Of a stretch of 64,000 bases of DNA, positions 50,401 to 61,673 are shown one piece after another. Source of the stretch: Podarcis filfolensis (lineage: Eukaryota). Both the position numbers and the translations under genes were made by a program. Below the pieces are notes generated by a model that worked only from the letters and a program-made list of their open reading frames with translations, was not told the origin of the DNA and searched no databases. The stretch lies in assembly GCA_964270895.1 (NCBI GenBank), contig OZ185444.1; one strand, 5' to 3'. Position 1 is the first letter of the stretch. Every line of letters begins with the position of its first letter.

Positions 50401-53400
50401 CTCCTACAACTCCCACCCTACATCTTGAAAATGCGGATATAAATGAATCTTTTTGGCTAAAGTATGGGTTGTATTTTATTATTATCCCTTTGTTATATAG
50501 TGATGTACTTTACTGTAAAGTTCATTTATAGATTTATTGTAGCATTTTTTAATTGTCGGATTGTTTTCACATTTGGTTGTCTTGATGCTGTATTTGTTCA
50601 TGTCTTATGTGAACTCCTTTGAACTTCCTACTGAAGGCAACAAAAGAGTTACAAATAGGTGGCATGATCTCTGTCTTAGAGAAATAATAAATACCTACTG
50701 TGTAGTTTTTTTCCTAAAACCTCTCCTATAGGATACCCACCACCTCTCCATATATGTTTTCTCCATCTATCTAATTTAAATGTTAATTGGCTAGCATATC
50801 CTGTCTTCTGCCAACTGAATTTAAGGTCAAAAACAGCACAGTTCTTCCCTGTTGTAACAACTTTAATGAGGTGGTTGTTCTAAACTGTGCATGGTATGAA
50901 ACCTTTTTTTAGAACTTGACTGTTTTTTGGTTTTTTAGGGTCTGGGACCTGGAAGGGAACTTGACCACTGACTTTGTTCTACGTTCTCCTGGAGTGAGTG
51001 TGGGCTGGCATCCTGAAGATGCATTCAAGGTCAGTATGCTACAGGCAATTTTTCCTTGGTGAAGCACCTTTGATTTCCCGGTAGTTAGTCATAGGTCACA
51101 AAACTGAAGCTTGTCTGAATTCGATCGTTTTTTGAACAATCTAAAATGCCGTCTCCAAAGCCAACATGAGATAACTCATTCCTATCCCCCAGCAACATGA
51201 AAGTATTCACAGACTTATGAATCAGCATCTTTTAAGCACTGCAGCAGGCTGAAGTCTGTGTCATGGCACAACAGAATTGTCCTGAGTTGTCCTGGTACCT
51301 GATCCTACAAAAGAAGTCCAAGCTCTCCAGATAGTTAAACCACCCATGAGTTCTTCAAAATAATATATTTAAAGTAGGGCAGGGGTTCATGAAGTGTAGA
51401 TGATCTTTGTATGGAGACATTACTTGTGGTCACCACTGATCTTCCCCCAAGGTGGTCTGGGTTACACTGTGGAGGGACTTATTCCAGACTTTGGGGAAAG
51501 TTGTAATGCCTGAAAGCACAGGACAAAATTAGAGATCAACTTGGCCTATCCGTCCCCAAGTTCAGGACTGGGGAGAGGGGGCAGGTCTTCATCCAGAGAT
51601 ACCTGGGTAGTACCAAGGCATGGAGCAAGCCAAAGATGTGACCTCTTGTTTTGGGAAAAGGTGGGTCAGTCATTTACTTAAGTTTTACACCTTGGAAATT
51701 GAGTCCCTAAAAGGGCAGTGTGAACAAGATAGGGTTTGTAAAATATTAATCCCTTAGCTGATCTTGTAATATTTATTACAGGGATTCAGGTTTATTTAGG
51801 TTTGGGAAGTAAAAATTTAAGGTTTGCTGTTCAAAAGTTATTGTAACCTCATTTTACTTTTCTTTTAGTTAATGGTTGCAGAAAAGAATGGAACAATACG
51901 ATTCTATGATCTCGTCACCCACCAAGCTATTTTGTCTCTCACAACTGATCAAACACCACTGATGTCAGCAAACTGGTGTTTAAAAAATACTTTTAAAGTT
52001 GGAGCAGTTGCTGGAAATGACTGGTTTATCTGGGACATTACTCGATCTAGGTATTTTTATCAAAAGCTTTGCTCTTTTTTCTATTTGTGTAACCCGTTCT
52101 TAAACTTTTACATTCATATAAACATAGGGGGTAACTATGTCAAAGATGAATGATCAATTCCTTTTCTGGGGTTTTTATAACTGTCCTATAAAAGTGTGGG
52201 TATCACTTAGAAATTGTTCTGTTTTCTTTTACAGTTATCCTTTGGATAAGAGACCTGTCCATGCAGATAGAGCTAGATTATTCAGGTATTTTGTCCTAAA
52301 CTGCATCTGCTGAAGTGGGCTCTACTCTATGAATTTTTTTGTTAGGGATTGTTTGTTTTTGTCCTACATGTAGTATTTACTTTTCAGAAATACTATGCAG
52401 CTTCTCTTTTTGTAAGTATACCATGAATAAATTGTTAATATTTGCCCTGGTCTATTAGTCTCTTGAAGAATAAGACTGTAACATGAGAACGAGTAAGTAA
52501 AGTTGCTGGAAAGTTGAGAGCCAGTGTGGTGTAGTGGTTAAGAGCGGTAGTCTCGTAATCTGAGGAACCGGGTTCGCGGCTCCGCTCCTCCAGATGCAGC
52601 TGCTGGGTGACCTTGGGCTAGTCACACTTCTTTGAAGTCTCTCAGCCCCACTCACCTCACAGAGTGTTTGTTGTGGGGGAGGAAGGGAAAGGAGAATGTT
52701 AGCCGCTTTGAGACTCCTTAAAAAAGGGAGTGAAAGGCGGGATATCAAATCCAAACTCTTCTAAAGGGAGAACTGCGACACACCTTAAAAATATTTTTAA
52801 CAAAAGCATTGCCTTCTAAATAATCATTTAAACATTTTTTTTTGGGGGGGGAGAAGAGTCTTTGAGGTAATATGTAATAGTAAAAACCTTAATTGAGAAG
52901 CAGCTTATAGCAATCAAGTAAAAACGAGGTGGGGAGGGGGAGAAAATTATTTTTAAACAAGCAATATACTATTGCTTTTTTCCATATATATCTGATAGTC
53001 CTACAGATCAATTTTGATTTCTCACTTTGTGAGACAGTAATACATATAAAGTATTTGCTGCCTGCATGATTGGTTGTAGGTGACGTTTATACTTATAGAT
53101 GCAGAAAAAAAGATGTTTGCGTATACATGTGTAAATCCATATATACACATTCTCCCTTACTGGGAATCCCCCAGTCAAATTTAAACATTCTCTTGAGTCT
53201 CAAGTGCTTTACTCTCATTGAAATCTATTAGATTCATGGGTGCTAACTTTGACTGTATTACAACCTGTGTATTTAGTATACTCTATTTTAATATTTCCTT
53301 TAAGAACATTTGTGGTTTGGGCTTCTGTATATAGGTGGTCCCGAGTCAATGAAAACTTGTTTGCTACAACTGGCTATCCGGGCAAAATGACCAGCCAGCT

Positions 53401-55312
53401 TCTAGTCCATCATTTGGGACATCCTCAGGTAAAGTTCATGCAAATATAACATGCAGAATAGCATTCTTACCTCCTCCCGCATAACAGAAATATAAAATGG
53501 GCTCTTTCTAAGAACTTAGCACGATTGCAAGGCAGATAAGACACAGTCCAGTGTGGAGGTTTTTGTTCTTTCGTCTTGTGTCTCAAAATGAATATAAGTG
53601 GACTCAGTGTACTTTGAAAACCTTATCAGAACATCTTGAGGAACACTGTCTGCAACTGTAGTGTCCAGAATAAAGGGGATGAAAAGCTCATAGGCTGTGA
53701 TCCAATGAGCTACTTTAGATGTGATCAAGGGTTTAGGCATGCCCAAGGGGTTTTTTTACTTTCTCCTTTTAAACAGCAAACCCACCTGCCATATTGCAAA
53801 CTGTTTTTGTTTTGTTTTTTTAAATTGCCTCATTTTCAAAAACAATTTGCCAGATTGCATGGAGGCCTGCTGTTCAAGAAGCAGGCACATCAGAACGAAA
53901 TCTGGATTCCATTGGCTTCACAGTGTAATAGTCAATTAGAAGTTTTGTGACACTGTGATTGACTCTTTTTGAAATGATACCTCCGCTCCTGAGGCTTCAT
54001 CTAATTTCCGTTGTCTGTACAAGTTAAACTGGCTATAAAACTGAACTTTAGAGAAGAATGTCCATTAATATACTGGGGGGAAAACTTTTTTAATTGCCTG
54101 AATATTTGCACTCAAGCCCCCGACTTTCTGTCTCAGAAAGGAGTGCAAGGATGAAGGGACTCATGTACACATATGTGTATTGCACATCATATGTTACATA
54201 CACATGGGTGAGCATGCATAAAGGCAGTTCCAATGTCCTGTTTGCAGGACTTCAAGCAGGCAAATTTTGAACCTGTTACTGAAGTCAATGAGATGATAGC
54301 TTGTGAAAAGCAAAATGTGTGCCAAGTTTAACTGAATTTGAGGCAGGTAGTATAGGTTCTTGTTTTATTATTTTTAAATGTATATTATTTAAATTGAATA
54401 GTTTACATCATATTCACCCATGAACGGCCCTAAAAGACCAGCAGGTAAAAGGAGCAGATTCCAGATTAAAAAGCAAAACTTTTAAAACCTGGGGGTATGA
54501 AAAAAACCTCTGCATCCAGTACTGAAAAGACAACAAAGGGTGTGCCCAGGCAAGCCACTCCTTTCTTTTAATTTTTTAATCCATGGTTTATTAGGGTTTG
54601 CGCATTATTACATTATTGGTTCAGGATGCTTGAGACAGCCACCTTGCACCTGGACAAGCCCAGCTTCTCTCCAAAGCAGCCTGCTTTAACCTGAGAGTCT
54701 CCTGAATCTAATATACACCCTAACACAGACTATAAATTTGGAGAGTGAGTGAGTGAGTTCTTGGGTAAGAAATTTGAAATATTTCCATCTACGCTTGAGC
54801 TGGCACAACAGACTTTTGTGAAGGGGTAGTAACAGGACCAGACTGAAGCAGTTGCTTCAGAGTGCAGGTCCTATAGATGCAGTGCCAGACTTGTAGGAAG
54901 ATATTTGAGGGGGGGGGGACTCCCAATTTATTTAAAAGGGCTTGGGGCTGGAGACATTTCCAGTGGCTTTTGGCTCTTATAACCCTTTCTTTAAGTCATT
55001 CTCTTCTGGCTTCTTGCTGCAAGTTTACAAGCAAGTTCCCCTGAGATATATGAAAACAATTTGGAAGGCAAATGCAGGAGGTGATTGCTGGGTCATAGCA
55101 TTGCAGCTGAAGAGTTCTTTAGAAATGATTTTAAAATTTATGTCTTGTTGTGCTCTAGATGTAAGATATCTAATCTCCCCCTCTCTCTCTCTTTCCAGCC
55201 CATTCTTATCGGTTCTGCACCTGTAGGATCTGGCTTAACATGGCATAGAACACTTCCATTATGTGCAGTGGGTGGAGATCATAAACTTTTTTTCTGGATG
55301 ACAGAAATGTAA
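35887..55312 (+). CDS. NUP37: Nucleoporin Nup37 (WD40 beta-propeller, Nup107-160/Y-complex), 9 coding exons, 326 aa
   Basis: Exons 35887-36042, 36751-36875, 38366-38438, 40864-40958, 50939-51029, 51869-52050, 52235-52285, 53335-53428 and 55199-55312. All GT-AG with consistent phases, total 981 bp. Begins MKQENSRSASYTVECEDYVHVVEFNPF, contains LMVAEKNGTIRFYDL, ends GGDHKLFFWMTEM. Confidence 0.97.
36940..37188. mobile_element. Tc1/mariner-type MITE, family 3
   Basis: TA-CAGTCGTATCTTGG...CCAAGGTACGACTG-TA. Confidence 0.9.
41467..41497. repeat. (CA)n microsatellite, about 15 units
   Basis: Read directly. Confidence 0.97.
41744..41967. mobile_element. Tc1/mariner MITE, family 1
   Basis: TA-CAGTGGTACCTC...GAGGTACCACTG-TA. 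Confidence 0.92.
41999..42356 (+). mobile_element. Sauria SINE, near full length
   Basis: tRNA-derived head (GGTGGCGCTGTGG, GGTTCGAATCC), ACCTTT tail, 11-bp TSD TTACATAGGCT (41988-41998 and 42357-42367). Confidence 0.93.
44018..44148. mobile_element. Short hAT-type MITE
   Basis: CAGCTCTCCCCAACCTG...GATTGGGGAAGCTG termini with a GGGAGTTATAGTCC core. Relatives near 49895-49990 and 59863-60338. Confidence 0.7.
46920..48900 (-). mobile_element. Fragmented L2 LINE with ORF2 remnants
   Basis: Minus-strand peptides AAKRSY...PLAELFHVVQRL...HFEDKVAWLHCDLD (48677-48432) and WMRDNKLCLNPGKTK...SLGVVLD (47855-47637) resemble L2 ORF2. (TTTA)n tail near 46920. Internally deleted and interrupted by BovB. 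Confidence 0.8.
48271..48458 (-). mobile_element. BovB (RTE) LINE 3' fragment inserted in L2
   Basis: Minus-strand translation [52 protein letters not shown]. Perfect 12-bp TSD TACTGTCTCAGT (48259-48270 and 48459-48470). Confidence 0.92.
52516..52762 (+). mobile_element. Squam3-like (Ther1-derived) SINE, full length
   Basis: tRNA-like head GAGAGCCAGTGTGGTGTAGTGGTTAAGAGC...GGGTTCGC, MIR-like core, tail CAAATCCAAACTCTTCT. Family name is from recall. Confidence 0.75.
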
Positions 55313-55518
55313 CCATTTATATAAAATCTGGGATTTTAACGTGAAGATATTAAATTAAACATATTTTATATCGCTGTTTACTTGCCAAATGATAGAGATA
55401 TACCAAATGACTGCATATGAGGAACGAAGAATCTTTGCTGTACTTTTTCTTTTTCAAGGCTACAGATGCAACCAGCTCCATCAAAGCAGGTTTTTTTTTG
55501 TTGGGGAGGGGAGTTTGT

Positions 55519-55524
55519 AATAAA
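55519..55524 (+). terminator. Candidate NUP37 polyadenylation signal AATAAA
   Basis: AATAAA about 200 bp after the stop. ATTAAA hexamers also occur near 55349-55359. Confidence 0.4.
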
Positions 55525-55794
55525 ATATTATTGTCTCTCTTGAGCAAGATGTATTGTTTCTTCACCTTGAAGACAGGCTAGCTAAAATGTTAAAATTAAA
55601 GTTATGCATTTGGTCTTGGTGGGGACGGTATACCTAAAACCTTCCGTGCAAATCTTGTAGAAATACAGGGAAACATTTTCTTGTTCAGTTCTCATTTATT
55701 CAGTAAGGGTGCACATGAGAAACATTCCAGATATTAAGGTACTATTAGCTTGACACATAATATGGTTATAATTCAGATATTTATATTCTCGCTA

Positions 55795-56000
55795 GAGAAC
55801 CAGACCAGTGTACTAGATAGGGTGCTCGGTTTGAAATGGAAAGGTCCTGGTTCAAATCCGTGCTCAGATATGCACTCAATGGGCAGGTAAGTTTTTCTCA
55901 GTCTGGCTTAAGTAATTAAATATTGTGGGAAGTGGAAGAGAGCAAATAGAATAACCCTCTTGCTCCTTGGGTGTAGAATACAGTTGTGATAAATAAGTAA
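55795..56000 (+). mobile_element. Degenerate MIR/Ther1-like SINE
   Basis: B box-like GGTTCAAATCC, a CTCCTTGG core and an AATAAG tail. Confidence 0.5.
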
Positions 56001-57309
56001 AATTGTATGTAAAGACTAGCTAAAAATAATCTCTTTTTTTACCTATGGTCAAACCTGTTCATCAACTGATTTGCTTCTAGGTGCCTTAGGTATGCTGGAT
56101 GATGGGTGTGATGTGCCTTCCACCCCCCATCAAATTGCCTTAACCTTTTGCCAGCTCCATCTAATCACATCTGTCTACCAGTCTACTTCACACGTAAGGG
56201 AGGGTGAACAAATTGCTAATATTTTAAATGAAGTTCAAAGGTAATCTTAGAATTGTTTAATGAGACAATAGAACCTAGATTTCAATCATGGAAGGAAAAA
56301 AATAAAGTCAATTTTTGAAAGAGAAAAAGCTGCATGGATGGAAAATAATCAAGATAATCTTCTACAAATCTATGATTTGCCTCTTGAGAAACATACCTAC
56401 AAACTCAAATACAAAGACTGAACTCATTGCCAGATCCCAAAAATATGTGAAACGGTGTAGTGGGACACTTTGTGTCTTTGGTAGCAAAAAATATTGTCCT
56501 AGGTCCAGACAGACGATTAGCTTTTACAAAACAAGTCCAAGATCTCCCAATAGTTAAATCTACCCATGTGTTTTTTGAAATTAAGAACTGCATGTTATTT
56601 CCAATTCATTTGAATTTACCAGAGAATTTACTGGAGCACTTCGCTTTTATGTAGATCACAACTGCAAAAGTCAAGCAATGTTCATTCTCATTTGAGTAAA
56701 AAAGGAGGGAAAGGTTTCTTACAAACTCAACTGACATGGCTGCAGACCAAAGCAAACAGACTTTTTGACTAAATGATGTTCATTGTGTGTTTTCAATTAA
56801 GTTAAAATTGCCCTTTTCTAAGCAGAAGAGGCATATGTCAGTGTGTCATGACCATTCTGTTACACATTACAATTCTGATTCTATTGCTTGTTTGACTTGC
56901 TGCCACAAATATAAATCAACTACAAAAAAATACTGTGTATCTAAAACATAGACTGTGAGTATGTCTTTGTACAGAACTTACTGTTACTGGTGCCCACTAA
57001 CTGGCATCCTCTTCAACACCCTGCCACCGGGTTACCATCTGTTGTTGGCTTGTATTCCGTGTATCCTTAGTCAAACAAAGGCTGGTATTATCTCACAACC
57101 TCTTCCACTGAAGCTTGGTGAACAATGTTAAAACACACAAACAGAAGCCATTCATCTTCTTAAAAGTATGAGACTGAGCATTCCTGTATGGATCAGTCTT
57201 GGAAGATCTATTTATCTATATACCTCTATTGCACACAAAAATGAAAAAATGTTACATAATGTGCAGTACAGAAACATTTCACGTACAGTACATGGTTTCA
57301 TTGCAAAAT

Positions 57310-57440
57310 GAGATCATAGAATCAGAGTTGGAAGAAACCCTGAGGAGCATCTAGTCCAATCTCCTGCAATCTTGGCATATGCAGCTGTGCCATATGGGGA
57401 TTGAACTTGCAACCATGCTCTAACCAACTGAGCTATCCAG
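57310..57440 (-). mobile_element. tRNA-head / CR1-tail SINE
   Basis: ATCATAGAATCAGAGTTGGAAG (reverse CR1 tail) joined to a reverse tRNA-like head CTAACCAACTGAGCTATCC. A plus-strand relative lies at 59740-59852. Confidence 0.65.
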
Positions 57441-57548
57441 TGAAGTGTTTATTTTAATATAAAAAATAGGTGGGGAATTAAGTACATATGAATAACATTA
57501 GGAGAAGCATGCCAGGGCTTTCCTTAGAATAATGCAGTAGTGAAATTA

Positions 57549-57808
57549 CCGTATTTTTTGCTCTATAAGACTCACTTTTTCCCTCCTAAAAAGTAAGGGG
57601 AAATGTGTGTGCGTCTTATGGAGTGAATGCAGGCTGCACAGCTATCCCAGAACCCAGAACAGCAAGAGGGATTGCTGCTTTCGCTGCGCAGCGATCCCTC
57701 TTGCTGTTCTGGCTTCTGGGATTCAGAATATATTTTTTTCTTGTTTTCCTCCTCCAAAAACTAGGTGCGTCTTATGGTCTGGTGCGTCTTATAGAGCGAA
57801 AAATACGG
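57549..57808. mobile_element. Tc2-like MITE, short form of element B, with a long internal hairpin
   Basis: TA-CCGTATTTTTTGC...GCGAAAAATACGG-TA. Arms match element B in reverse orientation. Confidence 0.9.
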
Positions 57809-59589
57809 TATATATACATAAATAGCAAGTGTCCTCAGTTTCTCTCAAATGCCTAGGAATCCTCTTAAACCATATCCTCAAGGTGGTGGTAGAGAAACTG
57901 GCAATACAGTAGTCTGATCCTGAGGCAGGCTGAAATAATGCATTTGGGTCATATATTTTGTGCTGAGCCCTAACCTTGTGGACTTCAGCCTCCTGGGAAG
58001 GTGAAGGGAGAACACTTTCAAGATGGTGTCACGCAATGCAGCACCTTGTGTTAATATGAAGGTTTTCAAAATATTTATTGGGCAGTGCTTTCCATTGGAA
58101 AACTTAGTTCACTTGTGTGTGTGTGTGTTTGGGGGCGCGTTCCTGTAAATATCAGGACTATGAAACTTTGCAGTTAAAGCAAGGGGACTGCTTTTCGGGC
58201 TTTCTTTGTATGATCTCTGAATTACATTACATAAGAATTCTACTGGATCAGGCCAGAGGCCCACCTAGACCAGCATCCTGTTCTAACAATAGCCAACTAC
58301 ATGAGAAGTCTGATGAGGGCCTGAGCACCAGAGTGTTCTCCCCTCTTACAGTTTCAAGCAACTAGTATTGAGAAGCATACTCCCTCCCTGAAACCTGATC
58401 CTCTTTTAAAGCCATGCAAGTTGGTGACCATCACAGACAGCAATGATAGGAGTTGGAAAAACCAGATCATACAATATTTGTGCAAATCATGAGCAGTCTA
58501 GCTATCCTGAAGGACTGGAAAAGCGGACAGTCTTAAATCCTGATTTGAAGTCAGGCTCACCCAGATCGATGGGGCTTATGACCACAGAAACAGAATTAAC
58601 AAAACCAGGATCCATAAGGAACTAATTCAGAGCAATTCTATGCATGTTTGCTCAGGCATATGTCCTGTTGTGCTAGGAGGATCTTACACCCAGCTAAATT
58701 AGGACTGTATAGGTCTGCAGTATCAGTCCCTTTTTAACAACTTTTATCCCAGATATATTTTCTTCTTCACTTACATTAAGTGGTGTGTATAATTTTATTT
58801 AAGAATTTATAAATAATATTGTCTGATGACAATGCTGATCCTCAAAAGCAGTCTTGTCAGAATGTTTTTTGAATACACAAACTTGGAGAACTTCATGGGA
58901 AATTGGGGGGGGGGGGCTACTTTCTGACCTTTTCAGCTGTTCACTGAACTACTTTAGTAAACACAGTTGTTGCCTCATGGAGGATCAGGTGACACCATGT
59001 CTGGAAATTGCCTTGGATCAGCTTTTTCGTTCTGTGTAACTTGCTGCTTGGTTGTATAGTTGTTTTGACTTCTATGCTGATTATTAAGAGAGCACACTGG
59101 GAATTGTTACAGTGGTTTATATGAATGTCATGTGCTCATATAAATGTAAGTCAGAGCTTTGGTTGTTTGCCTGGTTATTTTGATTACTGATAATTAAAGT
59201 GAGCTGTTGTAGAGGAAAGGACTTTTTGTTTAATCTGAGGGAACTGGGGCCACAGAGTATTATTATCAATAATGCAATTATCCTTTTATGACACAAACTC
59301 AATCAAGTCTTCCTGGTACTTTTTCATTGTTTTCCCTGGGGATGGAGACACAGCTTGTGATCTTTCTGCAGACATGGGCTTTGCATTTCCATTTGGCTAA
59401 ACTCCATGGAAGGCTGACTCCCTCCTTTCCTCACACATACTAATGTTCATCTTTAACTTGCTTTCTTTTTAAAGTTGTTCTGCAACTGAACTGCCACCCT
59501 TTGGTGGGAAAAATAATAATTTGACTGGCCCCGAGTTCTTTAGTTGCTACCATTTCCCCACCTCCTGTGCCTTTATAGATTTTCCAGTA

Positions 59590-59732
59590 CAGTCACACCT
59601 CGGGATAAATGTGCTTCAAGTTAAGTATTTTCGTGTTGTGCTCCACGGAAGTAACAGAGCGTGTTACTTCTGGGTTTCTCCATGCATGCGTTCGCTTCAG
59701 GATGCGAACGCGGCTCCAGAACGGTACCACTG
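59590..59732. mobile_element. Tc1/mariner-type MITE, family 4
   Basis: TA-CAGTCACACCTCGG...CGGTACCACTG-TA with degenerate TIRs. Confidence 0.7.
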
Positions 59733-59739
59733 TATTAAC

Positions 59740-59852
59740 TAGAAGGTTGGTAGTTCAAGCCCACCCAGGGACAGCTATGGGCAGGATTCCTGCATTGCAG
59801 GGGACTGAGCTAGATGACCCTCAGGGTCACTTCCAACTCTATGATTCTATGT
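59740..59852 (+). mobile_element. tRNA-head / CR1-tail SINE, 5'-truncated
   Basis: GGTTGGTAGTTCAAGCCC...CTAGATGACCCTCAGGGTCACTTCCAACTCTATGATTCTATG. Confidence 0.7.
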
Positions 59853-59862
59853 TGCACTAGGG

Positions 59863-60338
59863 CAGGTATGGGGAACCTTTGGCCCTCCTGTTGTTGCTGA
59901 ACATCAGGCTATTGGCTGTGCTTGCTGAGGCAGTCAGGAGTCGCTCAACAACATAAAAGGTAAAGGTACCCCTGCCCGTACGGGCCAGTCATGTCCGACT
60001 CTAGGGTTGTGCGCCCATCTCACTTAAGAGGCCAGGAGCCAGCGCTGTCCGAAGACACTTCCGGGTCACGTGGCCAGCGTGACGAAGCTGCTCTGGCGAG
60101 TCAGCACCAGCGCAGCACACGGAAACGCCATTTAGCTTCCCGCTACAAAGCGGTACCTATTTATCTACTTGCACTTAGGGGTGCTTTCGAACTGCTAGGT
60201 GGGCAGGAGCTGGGACCGAAAGACGGGAGCTCACCCCGCCGCGGAGATTCGAACCGCCGACCATCGGCAAGTCCTAGGCACTGAGGTTTTACCCACAGCG
60301 CCAACAACATATTGAGGGCCTAAGATCACCCACACCTG
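59863..60338. mobile_element. Short hAT MITE split by a Sauria SINE
   Basis: Termini CAGGTATGGGGAACC...ATCACCCACACCTG. Degenerate 8-bp TSD CACTAGGG/TACTAGGC. Confidence 0.7.
59956..60301 (-). mobile_element. Sauria SINE
   Basis: Near-identical reverse complement of the 41999-42356 copy. TSD CAACAACATA (59946-59955 and 60302-60311). Confidence 0.93.
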
Positions 60339-60479
60339 TACTAGGCCAACAGCCCATTTTAATCCACTCTAGTTGGATAAATCTACATAAAGCATAATAA
60401 TTGTCCAAACCTATAAAGTTCCAATACATGCTTGAATCCTTTCCACAAAATAGTCTGGAAGCACCACCTATCTGAGCAT

Positions 60480-60677
60480 TTTTTAGCCCTGCAGAACACC
60501 CTCCCACCAGGTGTCGAGGTAATAAACAACTATCTGACTTTTAGAAGACATCTGAAGGCAGCCCTGTTTAGGAAAGTTTTTAATGTTTGATCTTTTATTG
60601 TGTTTTTAATATCCTGTTGGAAGCCGCCCAGAGTCGCTGGGGAGGCCCAGCCAGATAGGCGGGGGTATAAGTAATAA

Positions 60678-60728
<51 letters not shown>
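60480..60728 (+). mobile_element. L2 LINE 3' end with (ATT)n tail
   Basis: GAAGGCAGCCCTGTTTAGG...GTTGGAAGCCGCCCAGAGT followed by about 16 ATT units (60680-60728). Confidence 0.85.
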
Positions 60729-60990
60729 TCCTGCCAACCTAGCAGTTCAAAAGCATGCCAATGCAAGTAGATAAATCGCTGTGGTGGGAAGGTAAACGGC
60801 GTTTCCATGCGCTCTGGCGCTCATCGCGGTCCTCCGTGCGCCAGTAGTGGTTTAGTCATGCTGGCCACATGACCCGGAAAACTGCGGATGAACGCCGGCT
60901 CCCTTGGCCTGAAAGCAAGATGAGCGGCGCAACCCCATAGTCGCCTTTGACTGGACTTAACTGTCCAGGGGTCCTTTACCTTTTACCTTT
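60729..60990 (+). mobile_element. 5'-truncated Sauria SINE, divergent subfamily
   Basis: CCTAGCAGTTCAAAAGCA...AAGGTAAACGGCGTTTCC...ACCTTTTACCTTT. Flanked by ATT repeats on both sides. Confidence 0.85.
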
Positions 60991-61398
60991 ATTATTATTA
61001 TTAAATATATAAATAAAAGCAGCCGAGTATGGTTCCTATTGAATTTAACACATTTGGTCTCAGCTCCTGTTCAGGGATATTTGAGCCTTGGTGGTTAGTA
61101 TAGTAGGAATTCCCAGCTGACCATCTCTTGCTGTATTATTTGTAGGCTGGCTTCCCACACGTTGCAGAGCAGATGCATGAGCTGTTAGTGTTGTCCTTGT
61201 TTTTTGCAGTAAAAAAAAAAGAAGACTGATGTTTTGCAAAATTCTTGTTAGCCAACTTAAAAAAAGAAAAAGAAAAAAGCGCTGCACATGACTAATTTTA
61301 AATGGCTCATTGTGCGGTTTTGAATATTGTCCATATGTTCCAAATGACCATAGGCATCCTAATCCTAAACAAGTTTACCTGCCACTAAGTTTAAGAAG

Positions 61399-61475
61399 AT
61401 ATCTGAAGAAGTGTGCATGCACACGAAAGCTTATAACAAGAACAAACTTAGTTGGTCTCTGAGGTGCTACTGGAC
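61399..61475. mobile_element. Penelope-like terminal fragment
   Basis: Nearly identical to 200-275. Confidence 0.55.
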
Positions 61476-61555
61476 ATTTTTTTTAATTTTTAATTTTTAT
61501 ATTTCGATTGTACAAAGTGTGCTCAGGAGGACAACTGTTTCTTCCAACCTGGAAC

Positions 61556-61673
61556 CATGGGCGTAGCCAAGGGGGGACAGGGAGGGGCATCTGCCCCACT
61601 CCCTAAATCAATAAAAATACATAGTAAACTGAGGGCCTGTCCCCCCTAAAAAAAAATCCTGACTACATCCATG
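61556..61673. mobile_element. Small TIR element (hAT-like ends)
   Basis: CATGGGCGTAGCCAAGG...CCTGACTACATCCATG inverted termini. Confidence 0.7.

Noticed and set aside
52516-52590. tRNA-like sequences in SINE heads (also 41999, 57400 and 60230)
   Set aside because: Each continues into a SINE body and tail and lacks a complete cloverleaf, so they are not tRNA genes.
60530-60808. ORF with a poly-isoleucine tract
   Set aside because: This is a translation of the (ATT)n LINE tail.
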